From contig CAZMEQ010000002.1 in assembly GCA_964565345.1 (NCBI GenBank), forward strand, positions 7,133 to 71,132: 64,000 nt of DNA, read 5' to 3'. A model generated the notes under the pieces. That model was given only the letters and a program-made list of their open reading frames with translations, had not been told where the DNA came from and did no database searches. The DNA comes from an uncultured Gammaproteobacteria bacterium (GTDB taxonomy: Bacteria > Patescibacteriota > Patescibacteriia > UBA11705 > JABHMO01). Positions 29,113-39,106 of this stretch are shown here, piece after piece. Numbering within the stretch: position 1 is the stretch's first letter; each line of letters opens with the position of its first letter. Position numbers and translations under genes: made by a program.

Positions 29113-31266
29113 TTATCTTTCGATATTGCTCAAAACACATTCATTTAGATCTTCGGGGCTGGCTGGATTTATCCGAGTCGGCTTATAATCACCCTCCGAT
29201 GGACAACAGGAAACACCATAAGTTTCAGCTGTAATATCATCACCATCCGTATCAGTGCAGTCTAAATTGCTTTCATTCTGAACAGTTGATGTTTTTTGAG
29301 CATCTAAATTTCGGCTCGGCGTAAAACAATTTTGGCGCATATCACGGACTTGCGCCTTAATAACAGGCATATAAACTGGACCATCTGGAAGAGGTTCTCC
29401 CGGAGCCGGCTCTGGTACCTTGGCAAAAAGACCATGAGCCATATTTATCGTATTCATTAACGTACTTGGTGGGGCCGGAATTTCTAAATTCGGATCAAAC
29501 CAACTGCTGTAATTTTGACCATAAAGATAGACTTCGGTATCAACCGTAGCTGGATCTAACCCTTCATTAAAAATAGCTCTAATAGGAACATCAATCTCAA
29601 CATTTTCTGAAACATTTTTAGGTATTAATTCAACAATAGCTGGTGGAGTTAAATCTATGGCACTTCCCACACCAAAAGACCAGTCATCATAATTATCATC
29701 GGGCTGACCATCCGCCTTTCCATCATTATTACCATCAAGCGCATTACCCGCTAAATCAGCAATACCAGTTCCCAGTAAAGCGATTTCAGCCTCTTCATCA
29801 ATTTCGGCAGACTTAACCAATCCTTCTAAAATCTTATCAGCTGGTAAACAAAAAGCTTTTTCTCCGCAACTGTTTTCTTCTACCCCCTCACACTCCATTG
29901 AAGATATAAATTGAATTGTTCGGTATTGATTAATCCCGGTTAACCATTTACCAGGGACATACGAAGTAGTACAAGTCCCCACTTTTTCACCTGCGGCTAA
30001 TTTTAACTGCGCCTCGTTCACATCGCTTGTCGCATTACAAGCTGTTTGGTCTGTTCCGCCCAATAAAGGTAAAACTGGCTCATTAAAATTAACAACCACT
30101 ATTTGATTACGGAAAACTTTTGGCACAGCGCAATCGGCGTCCACACCAGGAGTACACAAGCTACTATCTGTTACTTTATCATCAATTCCAGCTTGATTAA
30201 CAGGAATAACGGAGACTATTTTCGGCGGTGTCAGATCAACGGCTGTACTGGTAGTGAAGCGCCAATAATAATCCCGAGGGTTGCTAAAAACAGACATCCC
30301 TGCCGGAGATAAACGCTTTATGCCATTGGCTCCACTCAACATATGAACCACGTAAGTTACGTTTTCTTCTGAACTTCCCAAATAATTAGACGAGCCAACC
30401 CCATTACCATAGGGATTAAAAACAACGGAACGTCTATCCTCTGTTATTAAAACAAAACCAGGAACAATGTCTTCAAAGTTCTCTGGGTCACTAATTTGTG
30501 CGTTTAAACAATCCGAGGGTGGAGTTCCATCTGGCCAATCAGGCATTTTATCGCAACGATATAACTTAAACGTATTCTTATTAATTGGACCACAAACAGA
30601 CGAATCGGCTGGACAGTCATCATTGGTACATTTAGTAATCGCTTCTGGACAACCTGTATAAGCCGAACTTGAGTCCATATCAATAAAAGATTTTTCTTCA
30701 ATTGGCATTTTAAATGTAACCACGACCATGGTATTGCGTGGTACGCCGGTTTGCTCCGGATATGGTGAATGCCCCGACAGAATTTCACCAAAAGCATTAC
30801 CCGAAAGACTATAACCCAAACCCTTGGGAATAGTAGAAGTAATAGTATAAGTACCGGTATCCTTATTTAGTAGGGCATTTAAAATAAAGGAAACAATCGA
30901 ATAGGCCGCAAAAATGATGATTAAACCAATGGTCGCATTAGTCATCCACTGTTTGGCCGTTTGCACCTTGGTCGGATCGCCTCCAGAAGTCATATAAACA
31001 TAGCCAGCGTAGAGGATAATAACAAAGAAAACGATCCCCAAGATACCAAGGAAAACCTTAATAATTTTCCCTATGGTTAAACGGATATCGCTCTTTACCA
31101 AACCAGCTTGAGTCCCAACTGTGTCCAACCCCTCCATAGCATCATCGGCCGCGGCCTGAACCGGTGAACTTAAAACTGGCATAAATAAAATAACTGCCAA
31201 CATAAACAACAAACAACTGGCAGTTATCCAAAAAATAAACTGATTTTGATTTTTTTTGACAAGCAT
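29113..31266 (-). CDS. Large (717 aa) exported Cys-containing protein. Its N-terminus is paralogous to that of the giant protein (signal plus pilin-like hairpin).
   Basis: ...TIGKIIKVFLGILGIVFFVIILYAGYVYMTSGGDPTKVQTAKQWMTNATIGLIIIFAAYSIVSF closely parallels the giant-protein N-terminus. Also GLDTV in both. DGNNDGKADGQPDDNYDDW. Confidence 0.7.
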   Translation of the reverse strand: MLVKKNQNQFIFWITASCLLFMLAVILFMPVLSSPVQAAADDAMEGLDTVGTQAGLVKSDIRLTIGKIIKVFLGILGIVFFVIILYAGYVYMTSGGDPTKVQTAKQWMTNATIGLIIIFAAYSIVSFILNALLNKDTGTYTITSTIPKGLGYSLSGNAFGEILSGHSPYPEQTGVPRNTMVVVTFKMPIEEKSFIDMDSSSAYTGCPEAITKCTNDDCPADSSVCGPINKNTFKLYRCDKMPDWPDGTPPSDCLNAQISDPENFEDIVPGFVLITEDRRSVVFNPYGNGVGSSNYLGSSEENVTYVVHMLSGANGIKRLSPAGMSVFSNPRDYYWRFTTSTAVDLTPPKIVSVIPVNQAGIDDKVTDSSLCTPGVDADCAVPKVFRNQIVVVNFNEPVLPLLGGTDQTACNATSDVNEAQLKLAAGEKVGTCTTSYVPGKWLTGINQYRTIQFISSMECEGVEENSCGEKAFCLPADKILEGLVKSAEIDEEAEIALLGTGIADLAGNALDGNNDGKADGQPDDNYDDWSFGVGSAIDLTPPAIVELIPKNVSENVEIDVPIRAIFNEGLDPATVDTEVYLYGQNYSSWFDPNLEIPAPPSTLMNTINMAHGLFAKVPEPAPGEPLPDGPVYMPVIKAQVRDMRQNCFTPSRNLDAQKTSTVQNESNLDCTDTDGDDITAETYGVSCCPSEGDYKPTRINPASPEDLNECVLSNIER

Positions 31267-31304
31267 GTTTTTACCGCCTAAGCGGATTATGGCAAATTAT
31301 GTTT

Positions 31305-31763
31305 TTATTTTTGCAACAGGGTTTTTACAACCTGACTTATAACCTTGCCATCTGCACCCCCCTGTAACTCGGCCATGACCTTTTTCATAACCAAACCAAA
31401 ATTCCCTTTTTCTTCATCACTCAAACTAGCAACAACTTCTGTGGCTTTAGCCAAAACTTCAGCCTCAGACATTTGTGCTGGTAAATACTTATTAAGTATT
31501 TCAATTTCAATTACTTCTTTATCAGCCAAGTCAGCACGATTCCCTTGTTTATATACTTCAATTGAATCTTGCCTTTTTTTTATTTCTGACTTTAACACCG
31601 CCACGGCTTCGTTTTCTTCTAAAACCTTTTTCCCCATTTCAATCGCCTTATACATAAAAGACGAACGCAACATGCGTAACACGCCTAAAGTTGGCTCATT
31701 TTTTGCTTTCATGGCCATTAAAAAGTCAGAATCAATGTCCTTGATTATCGCCATAACTTTCAT
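31305..31763 (-). CDS. yqeY: GatB/YqeY-domain protein
   Basis: 152 aa. LKSEIKKRQDSIEVYKQGNRADLADKEVIEIEILNKYLP and the C-terminal LVMKKVMAELQGGADGKVISQVVKTLL are typical of the YqeY family. Confidence 0.7.
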   Translation of the reverse strand: MKVMAIIKDIDSDFLMAMKAKNEPTLGVLRMLRSSFMYKAIEMGKKVLEENEAVAVLKSEIKKRQDSIEVYKQGNRADLADKEVIEIEILNKYLPAQMSEAEVLAKATEVVASLSDEEKGNFGLVMKKVMAELQGGADGKVISQVVKTLLQK

Positions 31764-31808
31764 TCAAATTATACAACATTTATCAATAATCCCAAAATAA
31801 CTTGGGGA

Positions 31809-32054
31809 TTAACGTCGTTTTGTTTTCTTCTTATCTTCAACTAAACGACCAGTCTTTTTCATGAATTCTAATTTTTCGCGATATTTTTTTCGTTCTACCG
31901 CTAATAAATTCTGTTTATTGCGGCTATGTTTTTTTTGTTCATGTGCGCGTCCCTTAAACTCCAAAATAACCTTGCTTTGAATCAAGCGTTTATTAAAACG
32001 TCTTAAAAAAGATTCGAATGTCTCTCCTTTTTTGCGCTTTACTTCAATTGCCAT
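31809..32054 (-). CDS. rpsU: 30S ribosomal protein S21
   Basis: 81 aa, very basic. ESFLRRFNKRL...KGRAHEQKKHSRNKQ resembles the S21 consensus (ALRRFKR...FYEKP..RKR). Confidence 0.75.
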   Translation of the reverse strand: MAIEVKRKKGETFESFLRRFNKRLIQSKVILEFKGRAHEQKKHSRNKQNLLAVERKKYREKLEFMKKTGRLVEDKKKTKRR

Positions 32055-32134
32055 GTTAAAACAACTCCTTAAAGTTTATTTTTCTAACTGCTCAACTTTA
32101 AACTAAATTTAAACAAAAGTCAAGACAGCAAACA

Positions 32135-33454
32135 CTATTTTTTCAATCTCTTTTTTATCTCGGGAATAATACGGTTTTGATTAATTACCTCTTGAATACC
32201 ACTCTCCAAATCACGCAAGAGCACAGTACCTTCGACTATCTCCTTTTGCCCAAATATTAGAACTAATTTAGCATTTGCCTTTTTGGCTAATTCTAGTTGT
32301 GCTTTTAAACTGCTCTTAGAGAAATTAGCTCGGACAGTGAAGTCTTCGTGTCTAATTTTTTCATAAATAGCAAAAGCTTTTTGCCGAGCCTGTTCACTTA
32401 GCTGTGTAACAAAAACATCTAAATCTGGTCCAGCTGGAAGTTCCACTTTACTGTTTTTCATCTGGTTAACTAATCGCTCTAAGCCAAAAGCAAAACCAGC
32501 TGCTGGAGTTCGGTCGCCACCAACCATTTCAATTAAATAATCATAACGTCCGCCACCAGCCAAAACCACCGGAGGCGTTTTTTCATCGTCAGACTTAGTT
32601 GTAATTTCAAAAACAGTTTTTGAATAATAATCAAAGGTGCGCAACAAGAAAGGATCCAAACGATAGGGGATTTTTAATTCATCGAGATATTCCAACACTT
32701 TAAATAAATGACTACGACATTCATCGCACAGCCAATCAATGGTCTGGGGCATTTCTTCGCGCAACTTTAAACACTTTGCATTATCGCAAGAGAAGAAACG
32801 CATTGGATCGCGCCCGGCGCTCTTGCGGCAATCAGCACAAACAGCAGCACGTTTTGACTTTAAAAAGCCGGCTAATGTTTTTTTGTATTCCGGACGACAA
32901 ACAGCGCACCCCAAACTATTCAAACGGATCTCGGACTCAAGCATTAAATTCTTTAACAAATAATGCCCTAGAATTATCAATTCAGCATCTATGGCTGCCG
33001 TAGCGTCACCAATAATTTCGAAACCAACCTGGGTGAATTGTCTAAAGGTATTTTCTTCCACTCTGCCCTGTCTGAACATGGGCCCCCAATAATAAACTTT
33101 TAATGGCATGGTTTGATTAACCATGTTGTGCGCCACAAAAGCGCGGGCGATTGAAGTTGTTGCTTCTGGACGCAAAGCCAATTTTTCACCACGATCAATA
33201 AAACTAAAGAGTTCTTTATCAGCTAAACCGTTTTGTTTAAATAAGGTGTGATTAAAAAGTTCATACTTCTCGATGACCGGAGTTTCAATTCTTTTAAAAC
33301 TATAATCATCAATAAGCTTGACCACTGTTCTCTCAACAAATTCCCAGTAACGGGCGTCTGTTGGCAAAACATCCTTCATCCCCATAATTAGGGGTGGAGT
33401 TTTCATCGAACGGATATCCTCCTGTGGTTGATCCTCTTTTTTGCGTCGTGGCAT
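32135..33454 (-). CDS. hisS: Histidine--tRNA ligase (class IIa) with an inserted Cys-rich zinc-ribbon-like segment
   Basis: Motif 2 MFRQGRVEENTFRQFTQVGFEIIG (compare FRYERPQKGRYRQFHQ). Motif 3 LAGGGRYDYLIEMVGG...PAAGFAFGLERLV. Insertion CAVCRPEYKK...CADCRKS...CDNAKC...CDEC. Confidence 0.85.
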   Translation of the reverse strand: MPRRKKEDQPQEDIRSMKTPPLIMGMKDVLPTDARYWEFVERTVVKLIDDYSFKRIETPVIEKYELFNHTLFKQNGLADKELFSFIDRGEKLALRPEATTSIARAFVAHNMVNQTMPLKVYYWGPMFRQGRVEENTFRQFTQVGFEIIGDATAAIDAELIILGHYLLKNLMLESEIRLNSLGCAVCRPEYKKTLAGFLKSKRAAVCADCRKSAGRDPMRFFSCDNAKCLKLREEMPQTIDWLCDECRSHLFKVLEYLDELKIPYRLDPFLLRTFDYYSKTVFEITTKSDDEKTPPVVLAGGGRYDYLIEMVGGDRTPAAGFAFGLERLVNQMKNSKVELPAGPDLDVFVTQLSEQARQKAFAIYEKIRHEDFTVRANFSKSSLKAQLELAKKANAKLVLIFGQKEIVEGTVLLRDLESGIQEVINQNRIIPEIKKRLKK

Positions 33455-33538
33455 ATTTTTATGTTTTACAAATTTTATCCCTGCCCATAGACGGGCTTAT
33501 CAAAACTTGTTTCTTATATATAAATAATCATTTTTTTG

Positions 33539-34159
33539 CTATTGCTTATCTTCGGTAACAAAAGGAGTAGCTTCGTATTTAACGCCAGAAAATATTTTGG
33601 CACGCCAAACTGGCCAACCTCGCAACCAAACTCGTCCAATTATCAAATCTTTAAAAACTGGGCCAAAACTTCGGGAGTCCAGACTTTCCCCCCTATTATC
33701 GCCCAGTACATAATACTCATCTGGACCCAATGTCCAAACATTGTTGCCAGTTGTTTCTATGTCCGGCAAATAAGCGTTTTCATCTAGAATAAACTTTTTC
33801 CCTTCTTTGGGATATATGTAAACTTTTTTGTCTTTTATTTCAACTTTTTCACCAGGCAGACCAACTACTCTTTTAATAAAATATTGTGATGGTACTTTAG
33901 GATACCTAAAAACAATAATATCACCGCGTTCCGGCTCCCCAAATCGATAGGATATTTCATCAACGATTAAATATTCATGATCATAAAAACTTGGCTCCAT
34001 CGACGCCCCTTTAACATAAAAGGGCTGGATAACAAAATATCGTACCGGGATAATTATAGCCAATGAGATTGTGACAACTTTTAAAAGGTCCCAAATAAAC
34101 TGAATAACTTTTTGGCCGAAACTTAAGTCTTCTTCGTCGTAATTATTATATTCATTCAT
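33539..34159 (-). CDS. lepB: Signal peptidase I (S26 family)
   Basis: GASMEPSF (catalytic Ser box). GDNRGESLDSR box. N-terminal TM. Confidence 0.85.
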   Translation of the reverse strand: MNEYNNYDEEDLSFGQKVIQFIWDLLKVVTISLAIIIPVRYFVIQPFYVKGASMEPSFYDHEYLIVDEISYRFGEPERGDIIVFRYPKVPSQYFIKRVVGLPGEKVEIKDKKVYIYPKEGKKFILDENAYLPDIETTGNNVWTLGPDEYYVLGDNRGESLDSRSFGPVFKDLIIGRVWLRGWPVWRAKIFSGVKYEATPFVTEDKQ

Positions 34160-34329
34160 GTAATTAAAAGGTAAATTTATAATACAAAGAACAATAAAAT
34201 TTGTTCTTTTTTACTAGCAAGGGTCATTATACCACTCCAGGGCGGAATAAGCAAACCACTTTCTTGTAAACTTAGAGTTAATCAACTATAATATCTAAGT
34301 AAAATATTTTTACGCAAAAATTTTTTATT

Positions 34330-35757
34330 ATGAAAAAAAATATCTTCTCGAATTCAGGCTTCGAACCACCCCGTATCAACCTACTATCTCGTGATGATAA
34401 TCGCCAGCCACGCGGCAAAAAAGTCTTCCGCATCAGCCGATTTATTCTCTATCTTTTTACGATTTTAATAATTGCTTTTGTTGCTTTTTCTTACGAGGTA
34501 CTTATAACTAACAACAGCATTACAGATGTTTTTTCCGGAAAAATAAACATTTTTAAACAACTCAATATCTTGGCTGGTGATGGCAGTCGCCTCCAAGGTG
34601 AGGCTGAAGATCGCATCAATATTTTGCTCTTAGGCATGGGTGGAGCCGAACATGATGGCCCATATCTAACCGACACCCTAATTCTCGTAAGTATAAAACC
34701 TTCAACTAAGCGCGTGGCAATGATTTCTATCCCCCGAGATTTATTGGTTGAAATCCCTGGCTATGGCTGGTGGAAAATAAATAGCGCCAACTCCTTTGGA
34801 GAAAAACAAAGTTCTGGTAATGGCGCTAATCTTTCCAAAGAAGTAGTCAAAAATATCTTTGGTTTACCCATACATTATTATGTCCGGGTTGACTTCTCTG
34901 GTTTTGAACAAATGATTGACACTGTTGACGGAATAAAAGTTGAAGTTGATAAAAGTTTTGTTGATTATCAATACCCCACTAATGATTATAAATATCAAAT
35001 TATCTCCTTTGAACAGGGCTGGCAAACCATGGATGGTGATGCTGCTTTAAAATATGCCCGCTCACGCCATGGGAACAATGGTGAAGGTTCTGATTTTGCA
35101 CGCAGCAAACGTCAACAAAAGATTTTGCAAGCCTTTAAACAACGCGTTTTATCAAAAGAGGTGCTTCTTAGTCCGCGCAAAATCAGCAATCTCTCGCGTG
35201 ATTTAGCCGAGCACCTTAGAACTGATTTAGAACCGTGGGAGGTTGTAAAACTGGCGCAACTAATGAAAGATATCAACACAGACGAAATTATAAATCGCGT
35301 CTTAGACGATAGCCCTGGTGGTTATCTGTATCCCAACTTTGTAAACTCGGCCTATGTCCTCCAACCGCGAGGCAACGATTTTGGACAAATCCAAGAATTA
35401 GCACACAACATTTTTACTATTTCAGAGCCAGGTCAAACCTTAACGCACACAGCAATTAATGTTGAAATTAAAAATGGAACAACAATAACAGGGCTGGGAT
35501 CGCGCCATGCGCAAGAGCTGAAACTTAGTGGGTATCGGGTACTACAAGTTGGCAACGCTCCGAGTCAAGACTATGCAGCTACCGAAATATATAAGCTAAG
35601 CGGACGCGAATTGCCGGACCAAATTACTGAGCTTGAAAAAAAATATCAAACAACTGTAATCAAAAACACCGTGCCTGACTGGATAAAAAACATGGCGGCA
35701 CCCGACCTTGACTTCTTTATAATATTAGGAGAGAATTCAGATTCTAGAGCAAATTAA
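34330..35757 (+). CDS. LytR-CpsA-Psr (LCP) family cell-envelope phosphotransferase
   Basis: N-terminal TM. NILLLGMGGAEHDGPYLTDTLILVSIKP...AMISIPRDLLVEIPGYG...KINSA is the LCP core. Confidence 0.8.
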   Translation: MKKNIFSNSGFEPPRINLLSRDDNRQPRGKKVFRISRFILYLFTILIIAFVAFSYEVLITNNSITDVFSGKINIFKQLNILAGDGSRLQGEAEDRINILLLGMGGAEHDGPYLTDTLILVSIKPSTKRVAMISIPRDLLVEIPGYGWWKINSANSFGEKQSSGNGANLSKEVVKNIFGLPIHYYVRVDFSGFEQMIDTVDGIKVEVDKSFVDYQYPTNDYKYQIISFEQGWQTMDGDAALKYARSRHGNNGEGSDFARSKRQQKILQAFKQRVLSKEVLLSPRKISNLSRDLAEHLRTDLEPWEVVKLAQLMKDINTDEIINRVLDDSPGGYLYPNFVNSAYVLQPRGNDFGQIQELAHNIFTISEPGQTLTHTAINVEIKNGTTITGLGSRHAQELKLSGYRVLQVGNAPSQDYAATEIYKLSGRELPDQITELEKKYQTTVIKNTVPDWIKNMAAPDLDFFIILGENSDSRAN

Positions 35758-35759
35758 CT

Positions 35760-37166
35760 ATGCGACGCATAATCGAAAATTATCCCCTCATCACTCTCGT
35801 AGGCCGGACCAACGTGGGAAAATCAACACTTTTTAACCGCTTAGTCGGAGACAAAAAAGCTTTGGTTTCTTCTATTCCCGGGACCACGCGCGACCAACGC
35901 GTGGGCATTTGTAATTGGCAAAATAAAAATATTCAAGTCTGCGACACCGCGGGATTAGATGTTTCGTTGGAAGAAGAAATAGACAAACAATCAGTAAAAA
36001 AGGCAGAGGCCATGGCTAAAAAAGCTGACATTGTATTACTTGTTGTAGATATTCGTGATGGGCTACTACCACAAGACAAGGAATATGCTCAAAAACTGAA
36101 AAGAATGAAAAAAAAAGTCTATGTTGTAGTTAATAAAGTAGACTCCCAAAAACAATTAGCAGAAACTAATACATTTTATCGCTTAGGCTTTAAAGACCTT
36201 TTTATTATTTCTTCTAAATCAGGTGCCGGCGTGGGCGATTTGCTTGACGCTATAATGAAAAATTTTAATAGCGCAAAAACTAAAGAACAACACATTGATG
36301 AATATACCAATGAAATAAAAATTGCCATTGTAGGCAAACCAAATGTGGGAAAATCCTCCCTGATAAATAAAATAGCGGGTGAAGATCGCGCCATTGTTTC
36401 TTCTATCCCCCACACCACGCGCGACAGCCAAGACATAACCGTTGAACATAACGACGACAAAGGGCAAACCTACAATCTGACCTTTATTGATACTGCAGGG
36501 ATAATAAAACAACGGAAAATAAACGATAAATTAAAAGAACAAAGCATCGAACAAAGTTATGAAATGATTCGTCGTAGCGATTTAGTTTTGTTAGTTTTAG
36601 ATGGAGCCAGCGAGGTTACAGTACAAGATAAAAGCTTGGCCGGAGAAATCTTAGAGAACAACAAATCGCTCATCTTTGTTATTAACAAATGGGATTTGAT
36701 TCCCGAAAAAGATACTCATAGCGACAAAAAATATATTGAATTTTTGCATAAGCATTTTGCTTACCTAACCTGGGCGCCGGTAATTTTCGTTTCAGCTAAA
36801 ACCGGCTTTAAAGTTGATCGTTTAGTAAAAATAGTAACCGAAATTTATCAAAATCAAAACTTAATTATTCCTCAAGCATCTTTAGACGAACTGCTTAAAA
36901 AAATCTTACGCAAGCAAACACCAAAAGTAGCCATGGGAGCACTACTCCCCAAAATTTATACACTCGAACAAATAAGAACAAATCCACAAACATTTTTACT
37001 TTCCGCCAAAAACATAAAGAACATTCATTTCTCGTATCGTCGCTTTATTCAAAACCAAATTCGTGAAAAATACAAATTGTCCGGTTGCGGAATAAAAATA
37101 AAATTAGAAGAAATTCAGGATGTTCGAAAAATTGATCCAACCTTTAAGAATAAGAGATCAAAATAA
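35760..37166 (+). CDS. der: Ribosome biogenesis GTPase Der (EngA) with two GTPase domains
   Basis: Two P-loops, GRTNVGKST and GKPNVGKSS, each followed by DTAG. C-terminal KH-like domain. Confidence 0.9.
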   Translation: MRRIIENYPLITLVGRTNVGKSTLFNRLVGDKKALVSSIPGTTRDQRVGICNWQNKNIQVCDTAGLDVSLEEEIDKQSVKKAEAMAKKADIVLLVVDIRDGLLPQDKEYAQKLKRMKKKVYVVVNKVDSQKQLAETNTFYRLGFKDLFIISSKSGAGVGDLLDAIMKNFNSAKTKEQHIDEYTNEIKIAIVGKPNVGKSSLINKIAGEDRAIVSSIPHTTRDSQDITVEHNDDKGQTYNLTFIDTAGIIKQRKINDKLKEQSIEQSYEMIRRSDLVLLVLDGASEVTVQDKSLAGEILENNKSLIFVINKWDLIPEKDTHSDKKYIEFLHKHFAYLTWAPVIFVSAKTGFKVDRLVKIVTEIYQNQNLIIPQASLDELLKKILRKQTPKVAMGALLPKIYTLEQIRTNPQTFLLSAKNIKNIHFSYRRFIQNQIREKYKLSGCGIKIKLEEIQDVRKIDPTFKNKRSK

Positions 37167-37172
37167 AAACGC

Positions 37173-37718
37173 ATGAAACTTCTTGTTGGCCTGGGAAACC
37201 CAGGTAAAAATTACGACAACACACGCCACAACATTGGCTTCGCCATGATTGATTTTTTATATTCAGAATGGCTTAAAAAAGAAAACTTTGATGCTTGGGG
37301 CATTAACAAAAAATTTAAAGCTGAGCTCACGGTTGGGATTATTAATGGAGACAAAGTAATGCTGGTAAAACCGCTAACCTTTATGAACAACTCCGGCGAA
37401 ACGGTTCAAGCGCTAGCGGGTTATTTTAAAATAGCCAATAAAGACATTTACATCTTTCACGATGAATTAGATTTACTCTGCGGTAATTATAAAATCCAAT
37501 TCAATCGCTCTGGCGCTGGCCACAATGGGGTCCTTTCCATTATCGAAAAACTGGGCTCACAGGAATTCAATCGCATCCGTATAGGCATCGCCAAGCCTGA
37601 TAAACAAAAACAAGGCCAAGGTGCCGATTATGTGTTAAATAAATTTAATCTTATAGAAAAAATAAAATTAAAAGAGGTTAAAAAGAAAATTCTAGAAGAA
37701 ATAAAAAAAATTATATAA
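37173..37718 (+). CDS. pth: Peptidyl-tRNA hydrolase
   Basis: MKLLVGLGNPGKNYDNTRHNIGF N-terminal signature. FHDELDL. Confidence 0.9.
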   Translation: MKLLVGLGNPGKNYDNTRHNIGFAMIDFLYSEWLKKENFDAWGINKKFKAELTVGIINGDKVMLVKPLTFMNNSGETVQALAGYFKIANKDIYIFHDELDLLCGNYKIQFNRSGAGHNGVLSIIEKLGSQEFNRIRIGIAKPDKQKQGQGADYVLNKFNLIEKIKLKEVKKKILEEIKKII

Positions 37719-37721
37719 AAA

Positions 37722-37748
37722 AAGTCGGCCTGCAGCCGTCTTTTTTTG
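37722..37748 (+). terminator. Intrinsic terminator after pth
   Basis: aaaagtcggcctgcagccgtcttttttt. GC stem followed by a T-run. Confidence 0.5.
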
Positions 37749-37966
37749 TTATATCCCAACGCTTTAATGCTTACCAGAAAGAATACTCCGACAGTAGAGG
37801 AGGGGCCACTGATCGTTTTTGCTAACTGATAAGCATGAAAGCGCTGATAACCAGCAATATTTCACACAACTTTAAGGCATTCACCTCTCTCTGTCAAGAA
37901 AGCAAAGTATAACACAGCCTATTTCAGCTTTCTTTAGACTAAATTTAGATAAATATTCACCTAAAA

Positions 37967-39103
37967 TTGAAAACTGATCTTCTCTGCCCTATCCTTACTA
38001 TCATGGAGAATAATGAAGAACTGAAATATTGGCTTGCTTTTGCCAAGATCAAAAATCTACGGCACAAACAGTTTCTTTTTTTTAGAAAAAAGTTCCAGTC
38101 CTTAGCTCACTTTTGGCATGCTTCTGTAAAAGAATTGCTTACCGCCGACCTTCCCCAATCCACAATTCAAGAAATTATTCAGCAAAAAAATACTATATAC
38201 CCCGAGAAAGCTCTCGCGGAAATCAAAAAAAATGACATCCAGGTTATAACCTACGACTCGGCAGAATTCCCGCCTTTATTAAAACAAATTGCTTGTCCGC
38301 CACTTCTTCTTTTTTGTCGTGGCAACATAGATATCCTGAAACAAAATTTATTGGCCATAGTGGGCACAAGAAAATTTTCTTCTTATGGAAAAATCGTCAG
38401 CGAAAAAATAACGCAAGAGGCCCTAGACCACCAGTTAATTCCGATTAGTGGACTGGCCCTTGGTATAGATGCGCTCGTTCATAACACTTGCGTTCAAAAC
38501 AAATTTTCTACCCTGGCCGTGCTTGGTGCCGGAGTTGATAATGATAACATATATCCGCGACAAAACTTTTTTTTAGCTCAACAAATAATAAAAAATAATG
38601 GCTTAATTATTTCTGAATATGCGCCTGGCACAAAAGTACAAAAATATCACTTTCCAGCACGTAATCGCTTGATTTCTGGATTATCTCTTGGTACGCTTGT
38701 GACCGAAGCCAAAGAAAAATCCGGAGCACTAATTACAGCTCACTTTGCACTAGAGCAAAATCGCGAAGTTTTTGCCATCCCAGGACCAATTAACAGCCCC
38801 ACCTCGTATGGTACAAATAAATTAATCCAACAAGGAGCAAAACTTGTTTCTTCTATTAACGATGTTTTAGAAGAATTGAATCTAACCCAGGTACAAAAAG
38901 TCGAAAAAACAAAACCGATGTTTCAGCTATCTCCTGAGGAACAAATAATAGTTAACTTCTTATCCGGTGGCAAAAAACATATTAATGAAATCGCTCAAAA
39001 TTGTAACATCCCAACCGCCACAATTAATTCATTGCTAATTCAGATGGAGCTTTCCAACAGAATAAAAAATAACGGAAACCTGTATTATTCAAATAACATT
39101 TAA
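37967..39103 (+). CDS. dprA: DNA processing protein DprA (Smf)
   Basis: LLAIVGTRKFSSYGK Rossmann-like core. GLALGIDALVH. C-terminal winged-helix-like tail. The start may be the downstream Met (MENNEELKYW, about 38003). Confidence 0.8.
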   Translation: MKTDLLCPILTIMENNEELKYWLAFAKIKNLRHKQFLFFRKKFQSLAHFWHASVKELLTADLPQSTIQEIIQQKNTIYPEKALAEIKKNDIQVITYDSAEFPPLLKQIACPPLLLFCRGNIDILKQNLLAIVGTRKFSSYGKIVSEKITQEALDHQLIPISGLALGIDALVHNTCVQNKFSTLAVLGAGVDNDNIYPRQNFFLAQQIIKNNGLIISEYAPGTKVQKYHFPARNRLISGLSLGTLVTEAKEKSGALITAHFALEQNREVFAIPGPINSPTSYGTNKLIQQGAKLVSSINDVLEELNLTQVQKVEKTKPMFQLSPEEQIIVNFLSGGKKHINEIAQNCNIPTATINSLLIQMELSNRIKNNGNLYYSNNI

Positions 39104-39106
39104 TAT

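Noticed and set aside
31345-31800. 151-aa plus-strand ORF antisense to yqeY
   Set aside because: It overlaps a well-supported GatB/YqeY-family gene on the opposite strand and has no motif support.
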